From Octopus vulgaris (lineage: Eukaryota), in assembly GCA_951406725.2 (NCBI GenBank), contig OX597814.1, forward strand, positions 220,968,001-221,032,000: 64,000 nt of DNA. Direction: 5' to 3'. The translations under genes and the position numbers were made by a program. Numbering within the stretch: position 1 is the stretch's first letter; the number at the start of each line of letters is the position of its first letter. Under the pieces are notes generated by a model that saw nothing but the letters and a program-made list of their open reading frames with translations, did no database searches and had not been told where the DNA came from. Below are positions 1-12,732 of this stretch, in pieces.

Positions 1-97
1 TACTGATCATTTAAACATAGTTGCATGCACGCATGTATACACACGCACGTACACACACGCTTGTAGGTACATACATGCACACACATATAAATGCGCA

Positions 98-270
98 TTT
101 TTATGATAATTTTATGATATACACTTTTAATGATATTTTATGATAATTTTATGATATACACTTTTTATGATATTTTATGATAATTTTATGATATACACCT
201 TTTATGATATTTTATGATAATTTTATGATAATTTTATGATAATTTTATGATATACACTTTTTATGATAAT
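98..270. repeat. AT-rich minisatellite (TTTTATGATAA / TTTTATGATATACAC units)
   Basis: Tandem ttttatgata(a/t) units interspersed with tacac-containing units, read directly. Confidence 0.9.
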
Positions 271-404
271 TTACAAACACAGAATTAAGGCTTCTTGGTG
301 TTCATTCGTTATTTAGGGAAGGTAACAAATAAAAAGCGAAAGCAAAAGTGAATAAAACTAATATAAATACAGCTTTAATTAATTATAAGCAGAATTACTT
401 TTAC

Positions 405-830
405 AACAGATCAGTTGGAAGTAAGATCTGAAGAAAGGCAGGAATGCGAAATTGCTTTGATATTCGTTTCCATCTTCTTCTCTGCAATGCCCGAGCTCAT
501 AATGGGTAGGCTCCCAACTGGCGTACAAAGGTCATACCGCATAGATAGCAAGCTATTCAAGCATGGACGGTTCCGTACCATAACAAAGACCGTGATGCAT
601 ACTGAAGTCTTTCAGTACATGGATGATGCCGCAATTAGTGATGTCTCGACAGAAGAATTAGAAACAATTAAAGACATCTTCATATATATGTAAAATAATA
701 GATTTATCCCATTAGTATATGTAAGTCCAGCCATTCCGGTATCTGAACAGACAGTGGAAAATCCAGGAGACTCGGTATCTGAATAAGCACTTATCACAGA
801 GCGCAGACACTGATGAGGAGCTGAATACAT
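405..830 (+). mobile_element. Decayed RTE-clade (BovB-like) LINE reverse transcriptase fragment
   Basis: ORF 415-693 'RQECEIALIFVSIFFSAM...GVQRSYRIDSKLF...TKT...QYMDDAA' matches the RTE RT pattern QGC..AP.LFSIFFS / GV...YR.DG.LF / YADD. Confidence 0.75.
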
Positions 831-953
831 ATATAGCTAGATATGTATGTGTTTATAAAAGCAATGTATATACAGGCATAAACGTAGGTGTGTGAGCATA
901 CATACATACATTCATACATACGTACATACATTCATATATATATATACAGAGAT

Positions 954-994
<41 letters not shown>

Positions 995-1499
995 CAATTA
1001 TATATATACGCGCACAGACATATATAGATATACAACCACGTATGTGTGTGAGCGTGTGTGCGTAACATGTAATATATATCTATAATACGGCTTAATGACT
1101 ATCATATTGACAAATGATGTGACATGACTCTGAGTTTCATGCAATAACTACATCAAATTTCTCAAGGACGTCATTGAGACTGATAATTTTCAAAATATAC
1201 GCTGTCTTATTGGAGAGAAGTGCATAAATCCCATTATAGAACATTGAGTTTACCCATGACCTCAGAAGTAATTGCTTGTAATCTTAGTCTTTGTTATTGA
1301 TGTATTTCGTGGGTCATTCTATCATTATGATTTCTGCACAAGTAAAATCTTGTATCTCCAGTACTAAACTTATCAATAAAGTAGCTAACAAACAACCTCA
1401 TGAAAAGAAAAATCATTAAATAATACATATACAAGTCTGTTTAGTCGTCTGCTTCTGTGACTAGCTGCATGTCAAGGCAAAAGCTGGCTTGATAGCAAC

Positions 1500-2010
1500 T
1501 AGCTTGCAAATGAATGTGAAAGGGAAATAAAGCTCTTGAGACATGAATATAATTTTGATCAGCAGCTCGAACCACTGTCTGGATACATTCATTGTGACAG
1601 TGAGGGCATTATCGATTTAAGAAAGAACATCGTGTTGACCTGCACTGACTCCAATTCCCGTCAAATCATCACACATAACCTGATATTTTCTGTCTGTATC
1701 ATGGCTTGTTTGCTTCGGGGAACCAAGTGAAATGGCTGTGTTCCTATATATGTTTGGACATCTACAATATAATTGCTGCATGAGTCACCTGTTCTTGATG
1801 ACAATTAATGCCATCGTGTTGAATTTGTACACGATAGCTATAGAAGTCAATGGATGAAGGCGTGTGGCTTTCATTTCTTTGCAAACCACCATTCCTCCAA
1901 GGAAACAGTAACATGTGTTGCAAAGGTGCATGAATACGGTGCATATAAAGGATTCTATGGAAACCACAATCTAGTTTGTGAGCGATGACACTGTAGTGAC
2001 CTTCAGCTGT
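1500..2010 (-). mobile_element. Possible highly decayed hAT-type transposase remnant
   Basis: Minus strand near 1960-2000 reads 'HYSVIAHKLD', resembling the hAT HC.AH.L.L motif; many stops and little other support. Confidence 0.25.
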
Positions 2011-2527
2011 GTCAAATATAATAACTGCAATTTCAGATACATTCAGGACCTAAATTATTATACAATGAATTTTAATTACTTCTTCTCCGAAACTTAAGAT
2101 TTAAATATCAGGTCTTCTGGTCCAGTATAAACCAATTATAGTCTTTAATTTAGATTTCATGCGTTAAAGCTGATTCGAATATTTAAATTCTAAATTTATA
2201 TACAGCACTAATTATAACGCACCACATGGTACAGTTTCCTTTTCCAGTAAAACTATTCTGATCTTTTAAAAAATTTCACATTTGCTTGTCAACCTTGTAC
2301 GATAAAATATCCTGTATATGGTCGATTATATAGCCAAACCACCTTTAACAAATGGTACGCATATAGTCACCTCCCTCCTATTTATTTTTTGTTAAATATT
2401 TCCAAGAGAGATGCAAAGGAAAAATATTGAAATAACTTTTTAATATTTTTAAGAAGTCAAATTAAATAAATAAATATTAAAATGAATTAGATCAAGTCAC
2501 CTGAACCTCAGCTATTTTTTTTTTCTT

Positions 2528-2810
2528 AAACATTTCTAAGAAATGTGGAAACAAAATAAATTATTGAGATAACTTTGTAACATTCGTAAGAAAGATGGAA
2601 ACAAATAAATTGTAGAATAACTTTTTAAACATAAGAAAACTCGAAAGTTATAAAATAGTGGAATATGAAAAGGAAATGTACGAAAAAAAACAAACTATTT
2701 AAATAACCTTTAAGCATTTGTAAGAAAGATCGAATCAACAAATGGTAAAATAACTTGAAAACATTTACAAGAAAAGATCGAAAGTAATAAAATAGTGAAA
2801 CGTGAAAGTA
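2528..2810. repeat. Degenerate ~50-bp minisatellite
   Basis: About five units like aacattcgtaagaaagatggaaacaaataaattgtagaataacttt starting near 2528, 2579, 2627, 2711 and 2759. Confidence 0.7.
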
Positions 2811-3269
2811 CTTTGATTTGCTGCAAATTCCACATGCGAGTCTGATGTGGCGGTGGAGAGTTAGCTGCAAATTCTTCTCGCTACATGTGAATAATATTTT
2901 CTTCACTTTTTAAAAATTGTAATTGCTATAACAATATTGTCATAAAATCCAAAGACAGCGTGTAGAAGTGAGAAAGAAGTCAGGCTAGGTTTAAAGGTGA
3001 CGAGAGCGGTTGGAAGAGACAAAAAGTGAGACTAGGTTTAAAGCAGAGCAGGAAGTAAGCAAAGACCATTGGAATGAGATACATAGACAATGAGGAATGC
3101 TTTGAGTAAATTTTGTGTTCAAAATTGGACAATAAAAGCAACATCTTTTGTAAAAAGAATTATTAAAACTTCGAACTTTGAAAGGTATTTTCAATTCATT
3201 TTAAAGTTACCGAAGAGATTGTTTAGAACTGAGTTACATATCAAGTTACATTCCATTATAATATTACAT

Positions 3270-3950
3270 TCCATTATAAGAATCTTTAGCATGCCTGACA
3301 AAATACTTGGCATTTTGTTCGTCTTAACGTTTTGTGTTGAAATTCCACTGAGCTCGACTTTGTATCTCTTCGCCTTTCAGAGTCAATAGAATAAAGTACC
3401 AGTTGCGCACTGGGGTCGATGAAATACTAGCTGCCACTCACCACAAATTTCAAGCTTTGTGTCTGTAGCAAGAAGAGGTATTATAAAACTATTGAAGGCA
3501 GCGAGCTGACAGAATTGTTAGAATGTTGGAAAAACATTCTACAGTATTTAAATCGGGTCTTTACAATCTGAGTTGAAATCCGGCTCAGATCAACATTGCC
3601 TTTCATCCTTTCAGCTTTCAGGGCCTGTAAAATAAAGTGTCAGGCAAGTACTGGGGTCAGTGGTGTGGACTTATAATTGCTACCCTTGTGTCAAAATTTG
3701 AAATAATAATGAAGGCAGGTAACTGGCAGTATCGCGACCACACTGGACAAAATGCTCAGCAGCATTTTTGCTGGTATTACGTTCTGAATTCGAATTCGTC
3801 CCAGGTTGACTTTGCTTTTCTTACTTTCGGAGTCGATAAATTATGTACTAGTTGAGCATTAATGTCGGTGGAATCGACTTTCATCCGTTCCCAAAATTTC
3901 AGAGCTTGTACCTATAGTAGAAAAGATCATTATTTTTTTCATTATTATTA
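3270..3950 (+). mobile_element. Three head-to-tail diverged SINE A2 copies
   Basis: Repeated ggcagcgagctg..agaa head, gagttcaaat-like B box, gcctttcatcctt/gtcgataaa core, tail like cttgtacctatagtagaaaagatcattatt. Confidence 0.7.
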
Positions 3951-4513
3951 TTGAGTGAGAGAGCAGTGCATGACATCTAAGTGACACTGGGGTACAAATA
4001 TGCGAAGCCCAATTTACTCATCATGACTACCTGTCTGATAAAAGTACACCAGGCACATATATCACAACTATATGTGCGGGACGTGGTGACCTCATATCAG
4101 GATAAACAGCGTATGACCTTGCAAATGGGGCCCAGTTAGAATTTTCTTCAGATGGAGTAGCCCATCCCGCTCAAAAGAAATCTGTATAAGGTTTGTTTAA
4201 GGATGAAGAATGAAACACCCATGTTTCCAGAGGTGAATTATTCAAGCCCCTGAGAATTCCTCTCAGCACTTGGCTACGATGCTCACCCACTACATATGCT
4301 CATGATCAGAGATGCACATATCGTCAGTCAAGAAGAGACATGCTCAGCTGATTAAGGTTAAGCAAGTGGCAAGCAAATGTGTGGTATTGAGTAGAATATT
4401 TGCTGTAGCCCATCTTTTATGCCAATACAAGACATGAACATGATAACACTTCCAATCAGTTAAGATGAGAAGCCATGAGAGCCACTGCCTAGTACTGCAT
4501 CAGAGTATGTTGC
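3951..4513. mobile_element. ~560-bp non-coding putative interspersed element bounded by (TTA)n
   Basis: Block richer in GC than its flanks, with TTA repeats at both ends, no ORF and no TIR; single copy in this window. Confidence 0.45.
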
Positions 4514-4515
4514 TA

Positions 4516-4599
<84 letters not shown>

Positions 4600-4600
4600 T
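4514..4600. repeat. (TTA)n microsatellite, 3' flank of the Dong-like element
   Basis: Long near-perfect TTA run. Confidence 0.97.
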
Positions 4601-6670
4601 TTCCTTCGTAACACAGTGTAGGTAAAAATGCACCCGAGTCTTTAGTCATCTGTCAAGTCACAACAAGGACCTCAGACATAATATTTTCCTTAAGATGTGC
4701 GCTGTGCCCAATAAGGCTGCTTTTTGCAAGGCATCAATCTTGCATGGGGTTTCCAGTTGTCTTAAGAAGTTTTGAAGTTTCAATGCGATTGAACCCAACG
4801 ATCTGATCACCACTGGTATCACTTCTACATTACCCTCTCGCATTCCATACAGTCTTGCCATTTCCACTTTCAATTCGGAGTACTTGGGTGATTTTCAACC
4901 TCTTTACTAACCAGCATTCATGTAATTTGGTATGGCTAAATCAATGACCTGACAGTATTTGTCTGTCTTATTCAATATGGCAATATCCGGCCGACGGTGT
5001 TCTATTACACGATCCGTCTGAAAATTATAGTCCCAGAGTATCATTACTTTTCCATCCTCCTGCATAACTTTACTTGGTACATGCTCACAGCAGTTCTCTG
5101 TTAATTCATATGTACAATAGATCATGCATTCCTCTAGCCTTCTTCCTGCAACCTTTCTGTTCTTCTGGCAGGGAATTCTGGCTGTCAAGGTGCTTGTAAA
5201 TACCTTCTAAGAGCATTCCTGTCAACAGCTTCCACACTAACGGTAAGCAAGTGATTGATCTATAGTTGCTAGCTGTATTACCTTTGTTCTTATCTTTCAT
5301 AATGAGTATTGTCCTCCTCTCGTCATCCAATCGGATATTATTCCTCCATTAAGGCAATCCTGAAGTCGCTCCCTCAGCCTCCAATGTAAACCACTAACTT
5401 TCTTTAGCCAGTATCCTTGAACTAAATCTGGTTCTGGGCCCTTCCGATTTGACATTTTTCCCAACACTTTATTCATTAATGCACTAGTTAGTCTTAGATC
5501 TGACTGCCTCTCACTCACTATTTCTTCCCTCACTTTCTTTAATCATACTGCATCTCTATCATGATTGACTGGTTTATCCCAAATATTATCCAGATCTTTC
5601 TAGCTTCTTCTGCATTAGGTTTCTCATCTTCAGTACTTCATTCTCCACTATTTATTCAGTTATAAAATTTACTCTGGTCTATCTCAAATAATCTATTCTG
5701 CTGATGCTGATCTATTCTTTTCTGGTATCTGGAGAGCTTCCCTGCTACTGCTATGACACGCTGTTTCAACTCTTCTTTTACTATCCCAAATCCTTTGTCT
5801 TTGACTAAGTATTTTTTCTCAATTGCATCTTGTGTTTCCTAACTCGTTGAGTTTCCAGGCGTCTATTCTACTCAGATCTGTCTTACAATCTTCACCTTAT
5901 TTTGTAGTTTCCTTTTCTACGTTTGCTCTTTTTTAATCTTTCCCTGAGAAATATTCAATCTTCTAACGATTACTACCCCTCCTGCATAAATCAATGAATT
6001 AATGTCTCCTATATTTTTAGTATCTATCTTACTGATAACAGAATCTACTTTCCTAGTCATTTCTAGCAGCTTCCTTCTGTTGGTGCCATTCAATGCTGGC
6101 AATCTTTTCTTTACTTCTTTACTCATTACTTCCTGCAACTCATCTAAAATCTTCTGATCTTCCTCCCATAAATCACTTAAGTCTCTGGTGCCAGTTGTTC
6201 CTTCCTTATTGGTAGCGCTATTATTACTTTTTCCTTTAGATTCTTCTTTGGTTTGAACTGTATCTCTTATGTTGTTGTTTGTCCTTCCTACAACATGGTC
6301 TTTCTTTTCCAGTTCTCTTGTGAGCTCTTCTGCCTCTTCTGTCATCCCCTTTCTACTAATAGCTTGAACCACTAATTTCTGATCAGCCACTTTAAACATA
6401 CCCTTCTCTACCCAAACTGTTAACATCCGTTTTCTAAGGCCTCTTCTTTTAGTTTCGCTTTCTAAGTACAACTGCATCACTCTCCTGTTTTCTTCGCTGG
6501 TTCATTTCCACTTTCTTACTTTATTATCTGCTGATGCTGTTTTAGGATAACAGCCGTGGTCAGTCTGCATCTTTAGCGAACCACTGCTGAGCGAGAGGCC
6601 TTCCCTTAAAGGTCCAACTTCATTTTCGGTGTTACAACCAGAGATTTTTCGGGAACTCATGTCTCTCATG
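4601..6670 (-). mobile_element. R4/Dong-like non-LTR retrotransposon with restriction-like endonuclease, frameshifted and internally deleted
   Basis: N-terminal 'RRGLRKRMLTVW'; RT start 'KGPEPDLVQGYWLK...NYRSITCLPLVWKLLTG...EQKGCRK'; RLE 'WDYNFQTDRVIEHRRPDI...IDLAIP' and 'IPVVIRSLG...LQKAALLGTAHILRK'; short 3' UTR running into (TAA)n. Confidence 0.9.
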
Positions 6671-6675
6671 AGTTT

Positions 6676-6890
6676 GTGTGTCTGTGTTTGTTCCCCAACC
6701 CCAACATCGCTTGGCAACCGATGCTGGTGAGTTTACGTCCCCGTAACTTAGCGGTTCAGCAAATGAGAGACCGATAGAATAAGTACTAGGCTTACAAAGA
6801 ATAAGTCCTGGGGTCGATTTGCTCGACTAAAGGCGGTGCTCCAGCATGGCCACAGTCAAATGACTGAAACAAATAACAGAATAAAAGAAA
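6676..6890 (+). mobile_element. SINE family B, 3' half
   Basis: Near-identical to the 3' half of the copies at 11482, 24634 and 59927 (caaccgatgctgg...gtcaaatgactgaaac). Confidence 0.9.
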
Positions 6891-7835
6891 AAAAAAAGAA
6901 GTCAGTCGATTGTATTTTTATGCTAACTTACTCTCTTGATTTTATGTAGAGCTCTGCGATTCCTGATTACACGCAGCCGTTTACCAAATTTCCTCTCGTA
7001 CCACCATCTATTATTCTTACTTCTCCTCCGGGTCGATAGATTATGCAAACACAAGAACTGTTGTCGATAAAATCAAATAAAAGCCTTTTAAGGCTGGTGT
7101 CCAATGACTGAAACTAGTAGAAGTATACACACACACGCTCACATATACACACTCCTGCACGCACATCACACACACACACACACACACACGCACACACAGA
7201 GTCACAATAAATGACTACAATAAATCGTGCACTTCTAAAAGCCATTACTTTCGTCTATGTCCACGATTAAAACTATTTACAAAATATATTGTTCGCTGGC
7301 CGTTTCCATTTGTACGAAATAGATCAGTCTACCGAATAGTTCAATAGTTTTATGCAGTCGCTATTTATAAAAGATAAACAAACAATGCCTTCACGTTTAG
7401 AGGCAAACTTTAAAAGAAAAAAAAACACACACACACACAAGGAAATTTATCGCATTGCATATTTCTGTACTGGAAGCGTGTTTTGACATTATGCTTTATA
7501 AAAATAACAATAAAGAAGAAACAAATCGTGTTTTAAAATTTTTCCACCATTGTCTTTATGCATAAGAACTAATTCAATCACACACGTATCCAAGACCCAA
7601 CTCTCAGTAAATGACATTTTCAGAAAGTTTGTTTTGTAATATCTTATTCTATTTAATATGTCAGGCGCCGTTGCATTTAGACATGTTCTCGTCCTGCTCA
7701 CAACCGCTTCTCTGCGATATTTCGCAATTGTTATTATTGAATAAATGTTGGCTTTCGTGAATAACTTCGGATTTATCTGCTCCTGATTATCAGTTTTGAC
7801 TCGACCACGCGGAAGAAACTTTCCAACAGAAGAAC

Positions 7836-7874
<39 letters not shown>

Positions 7875-10064
7875 TGTGTGTGAATTACGCAAGTTTCTGC
7901 ATTCGTGTGTATGTATGTGAGTATGCGTATGTGTTTGTATTTAGAAAGTCTAAAACGTTTTCAGTTACAAAGGTACGAAGTTTTAATTTTCTTTCGAGCA
8001 GACTCTGGGCAAATATGTTTGTCGGTGAATGAAACACAGTGGATTTAATCAACACCTGCATGTTACTGGTATAGAATTTGCAGAGTTGACAGGAAAAACA
8101 AAAACAATATTCCTCATGGCATTTAAACTTAGAATGTGGGGGTGACAAAATTAAATTCTGTTACTCTATTGCTTGAATTATATAATTTACTTGTATGTTG
8201 TTGCTTTTAAAAACTTACGTGGATTGAGCCTCAAGAAATAACAGCTGAAATGTGCGTGATTCATCTTGTGTTGATATGTCCCAAGTGGAATGAATCTAGT
8301 GTTTCATACACTTTTAGAAATTGATAGAAATCTTTCACGTTTAAACATTTTGGAGAACGAACCTATGACTGAACAGAGAATACTTTATTTATATATTGAT
8401 GTTATTAGCACCAAGCCGTTCATGGCTGGATATTCGTATCAACAACGGCAATCTAACCTCGACCTTACTACTTTTCAGAGAGTTTATTTCAATTTACATT
8501 ACCTAATTTACTCCCCTTCTTTTATCGACGGTACAGTGGGATTTAAGAGGGGCAAATTTGCTATTTTTTGTAGATTGACTGGCCGCACATTCATATTTCA
8601 ATATGAATTACCCCACCTAGAAAAAAAAATTGATCAAACAAAAGTATTTAAAAAAATAATTCTTATAACAAATATAAGGGAATATTTCATATGGTAACCT
8701 TTTCAATTCTTTGTTTTTGATTCATTATATCTTTCGTTTTCTTGGCACAAAAACCTTAATTTAAAAAGTGAGTGCGGGTGGAAGTAGTGGGATACTGGCG
8801 CCGTAAATGAAAATATTTGATGTTGAAAGAGAATAGGAAACGGGTTTTGGACTCATGTTTATGGGCGTTTGTGTTTCACTTCTCAGCGCCTATGTCTTCC
8901 CAGATATCAAATATATTTCAGACAAAGAAATAAGGTATTTGTTCAAAGTTGTAAATATGACTTTTATCAGATATCATGCTGTGATTTTCGTGAAATCGCT
9001 AAACCAATCCTGTCCCAGCTCATGGTGTGGTTTAGTAGGTGTCAGACAAAAGAGAAATCAATAGTAAATATCGAAACTGATAAAGAATTGAAGAGTAGTC
9101 AAATTTACGTCTATAACTTTCTTTTTCAAGAATAGATTCAGAAGTAAATTTAATTCCTATTTTGATATTTTATCTTAAAACAGCCTCCCCATATGAAAAG
9201 AGAAAAAGAAAAAAACGGATATGAAGGCTGTATGTTCTCCCCATCCCTCAAAGTAAATCATAGCTGCATTGTCTTCATTGAAGAGAACGCAATATTTCAA
9301 ACCGAGTTATGTATCGATAATATATTTGAGACTCGACTTTGATATCCAGACTATAACGTAGAATGGAAGAAAACATTAATACACAAGCTAACGAGAGAGT
9401 CTCTATGCGAGTCGTTCCAGGCACTAGAGAAAGTAACCAAATCTCCATGAAATCATATTTTACTATCTTCAATAAAGAAGTCTACATCGGACAATTTTGG
9501 ACCCTGATATAAAAATAGGATGGTTCACGGAAGGCAGCCTTTGATCTCAATTCTGTTCAAGCAGAGTTGTGCTGGGGCTAAACAGCAGCTACAATACTGG
9601 TATTATAAACAGTTTTCAAATTGATTTTGTTTCTTGTCAAAGCAATTCATTTAGACAGGTAGTTGGCACAGTGGTTGGCGGGTCACCGAACTGAAATATA
9701 TTGCTGCATTATCTCCTGCTCTCTGAGTTGAGACCAACCTGAGGTGAAGTTTCATTTCTTCCCGATCAATGAAGTAGAAACGCCGACGTAATCCTTTCTC
9801 TTACAGCTGGACAGGTTTTAAATGCCTCCATAGTTACATCAAAAGTTGAAGACCCATGCAAAGACGAACACTAATGAATATTAACGGCCTTGAGAATTCC
9901 CTAAACAATATACATATCCGTTTACCTTGATGTATCTCAGTCAGTACCTTTCATATTTTCGAAAATAAGACCAATTTTCACTATGCACTGTTTCGATTCC
10001 CAGATAAAGTCTCTTCACATGAGCTTTTGCTGCAGAGGTTTTTTTCGAATTGGCATTACTATAT

Positions 10065-10760
10065 TTTATCTTTTACTTCTTTTAGTCAATTGACTTCGGC
10101 AATGTTGGATTACTGCCTTGAAAGGTTTCAGTTGAACAAATCGGCTCCAGTACTTGCTATTTTAAAGGTTATAGCGTATTCTATCGTTCTCTTTTGCCGA
10201 ACCGCAAATTTACGGAAACATAAATAAACCAACATCGGTTGTCTAGTATTGAGTGAACAGACACAAACACAAGCGCGAGCACGCACGCATACACACACAC
10301 ACACACACATACATACACACACACACACAAATATTTATAAAATCCTAGCATCCAAGTGTAGGAAGTTTGTAAGCTTTGAGTAGTGTGTGCTCAGTATAAA
10401 AAACAACTTTCAAGAACAATAATAATTTATTGACGTCAAAAGTTGTGGGCTTTTCCCATATCAAAGTTCGTTCGATACGCTGAAAAAATGTTTTTATTAC
10501 TCACAGCTCGCAACTTGAGTTACTATGAATGCGAATAAAAATCCAACTCGAGGGAGTGAAGCATTTCTTCAATGTATTTGTAACATACATAAACAACAGG
10601 TTTCTTTTAGTTTCCGCCTACTGTATATACTCACTAGGATTTGATCGGCCCGGGGCTACAGTAGAAAACACTTGCTCAAGGTGGTGTACAGTGAGACTGA
10701 ACTCGAAGTCAGGTGGTTGCAAAGCGAGTTTCTTAATCACACAATCATACCTCCACCATT
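10065..10760 (-). mobile_element. Diverged SINE B in two pieces (10065-10270 and 10600-10760)
   Basis: Recognisable ctctttgccga..cgc and ggggcta.agtagaa.acacttgc motifs. Confidence 0.65.
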
Positions 10761-10820
10761 GCCATGGCTGAAAAATTTCAATTCGTCGAACTTTGTGGAT
10801 TAACAGCAATGTTGGGAAAT

Positions 10821-11088
10821 GGGATGGAAGCACTCCATCGGTTACGACGATGAGGGTTCCGGTTGATCCGAATCAACGGAACAGCCTGCTCGTGAAATTA
10901 ACGTGTAAGTGGCTGAGCACTCCACAGACACGTGTACCCTTAACGTAGTTCTCGGGGATTTTCAGCGTGACACAGAGAGTGACAAGGCCGTCCCCTTGAA
11001 ATACAGGTACAACAGAAACAGGAAGTAAGAGTGAGAGAAAGTTGTGGTGAAAGAGTACAGCAGGGATCACCACCATCCCCTGCCGGAG
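10821..11088 (-). mobile_element. SINE C1, 5'-truncated, with 13-bp TSD
   Basis: Matches the reverse complement of the 19409 copy; flanked by aatgttgggaaat at 10808-10820 and 11089-11101. Confidence 0.92.
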
Positions 11089-11481
11089 AATGTTGGGAAA
11101 TAGCATTTTACTGTTGATGCGGCCAGCATCGTTCATTGAGATAAGCCCCATTATTATTGTGGGTTCATGATGAAAACTCTCCCACATTGAAGTCACATAC
11201 ATCTGAACATCAAAATCAAATCGCCAAACATAACAAATAGTGGTAAATGAAAATGTTCGACAGCGAATACTTCTTTACCAATATATAATTCAAAAAATTA
11301 CTGGAATATTTCCTTAGCTGTATTGTTATTAATAATTGCGTAATTTCCATTCATTTACTTGCAAATATCCTGGGATAAAATATGATTACCACAGTTTCTT
11401 ATTTCTAAGAAATAAAAATTTTACTAACAAAAATCATTATTTTACCGAAATAACAAATTTGATATAGAGATTGTGAACAAT

Positions 11482-11870
11482 AGGCGTAGGAGTGGCTGTG
11501 TGTTAAGTAGCTTGCTTACCAACCACATGGTTCCGGGTTCAGTCCCACTGCGTGGCAACTTGGGCAAGTGCCTTCTGCTATAGCCTCGGGCTGACCAAAA
11601 CCTTGTGAGTGGATTTGGTAGACGGAAACTGAAAGAAGCCCGTCATATATATGTATATATGTATGTATGTATGTATGTGTGTCTGTGTTTGTCCCACTAG
11701 CATTGCTTGACAACCGATGCTGGTGTGTTTATGTCCTCCATAACTTAGCGGTTGGGCAAAAGAGAGACCGAAAGAATAAGTCCTGGGGTCGATTTGCTCG
11801 ATTAAAGGCGGTGCTCCAGCATGGCCGCAGTCAAATGACTGAAACAAGTAAAAGAGTAAAGAGTAAAGAG
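11482..11870 (+). mobile_element. SINE B, near full length (tRNA-like head, internal microsatellite, GAGTAAA-type tail)
   Basis: A-box-like gtggctgtgtgttaag, B-box-like gggttcagtccc, ttgggcaagtg motif; multiple copies in the window. Confidence 0.92.
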
Positions 11871-12126
11871 TAATCTCGTAAAATTACGTCGGAGCTATTG
11901 TTTAACACCTGGTCTTCCTTCGTCGAGCACATCTATGATCAAAGTCAAACCGCCTCTTTTTTTCACTCGTAGTATGTCTGGCACTACATTTCTCAGTGCA
12001 CCCTTCTCTTTTCAAGAGAGGAGTGCATGAGTTTGAATGATACTTAGCAGATATATCTAGTAGCTGGCGCGAACTCACAAAAGTCTCCCTATGAGGTTTG
12101 TTTTAAGTTACAGTGAATCAGTTATC

Positions 12127-12732
12127 TATTTTTTACTACTCACAAAGAGCTAAACATAGAGGAGACAAACAGGGACAGACAAACGGATTAAGTCGATTAT
12201 ATCGACCCCAGTGCATAACTGGTACTTAATTTATCAACCCCGAAAGGATGAAAGGCAAAGTCGACCTCGACAGAATTTGAACTCAGAACGTAACGGCAGA
12301 CGAAATACCTATTTCTATTTCTTTACTACCCACAAGGGGCTAAACACAGAGAGGACACACAAGGACAGACAAACGGATTAAGTCGATTACATCGACCCCA
12401 GTGCCTAACTTGTACTTTATTTATCGACCCCGAAAGGATGAAAGGCAAAGTCGACCTCGACGGAATTTGACCTCAGAACGTAACGGCAGACGAAATATCT
12501 ATTTCTTTACTACCCACAAGGAGCTAAACACAGAGAGGACAAACAAGGACAGACAAGCAGATTAAGTGGATTATATCGACTCCAGTGCGTAACTGGTACT
12601 TAATTTATCGACCCCGAAAGGATGAAGGGCAAAGTCAACCTCGGCGGAATTTGAACTCACAACGTAACGGCAGACGAAATACCGCAAAGTATTTCGCCCG
12701 GCGTGCTAACGCTTCTGCCAGCCCGCCGCCTT
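12127..12732 (-). mobile_element. SINE A1 trimer (one head plus three ~190-bp bodies) with 16-bp TSD
   Basis: Three tandem bodies; cagtgaatcagtta(t/c)c flanks the whole array at 12111-12126 and 12733-12748. Confidence 0.93.

Noticed and set aside
4450-4505. Faint resemblance to U2 snRNA segments
   Set aside because: Only short scattered matches; no branch-recognition sequence or Sm site.
12127-12732. Tandem ~190-bp units as a CRISPR-like array
   Set aside because: Units are SINE bodies with no unique spacers; no cas genes; eukaryotic context.
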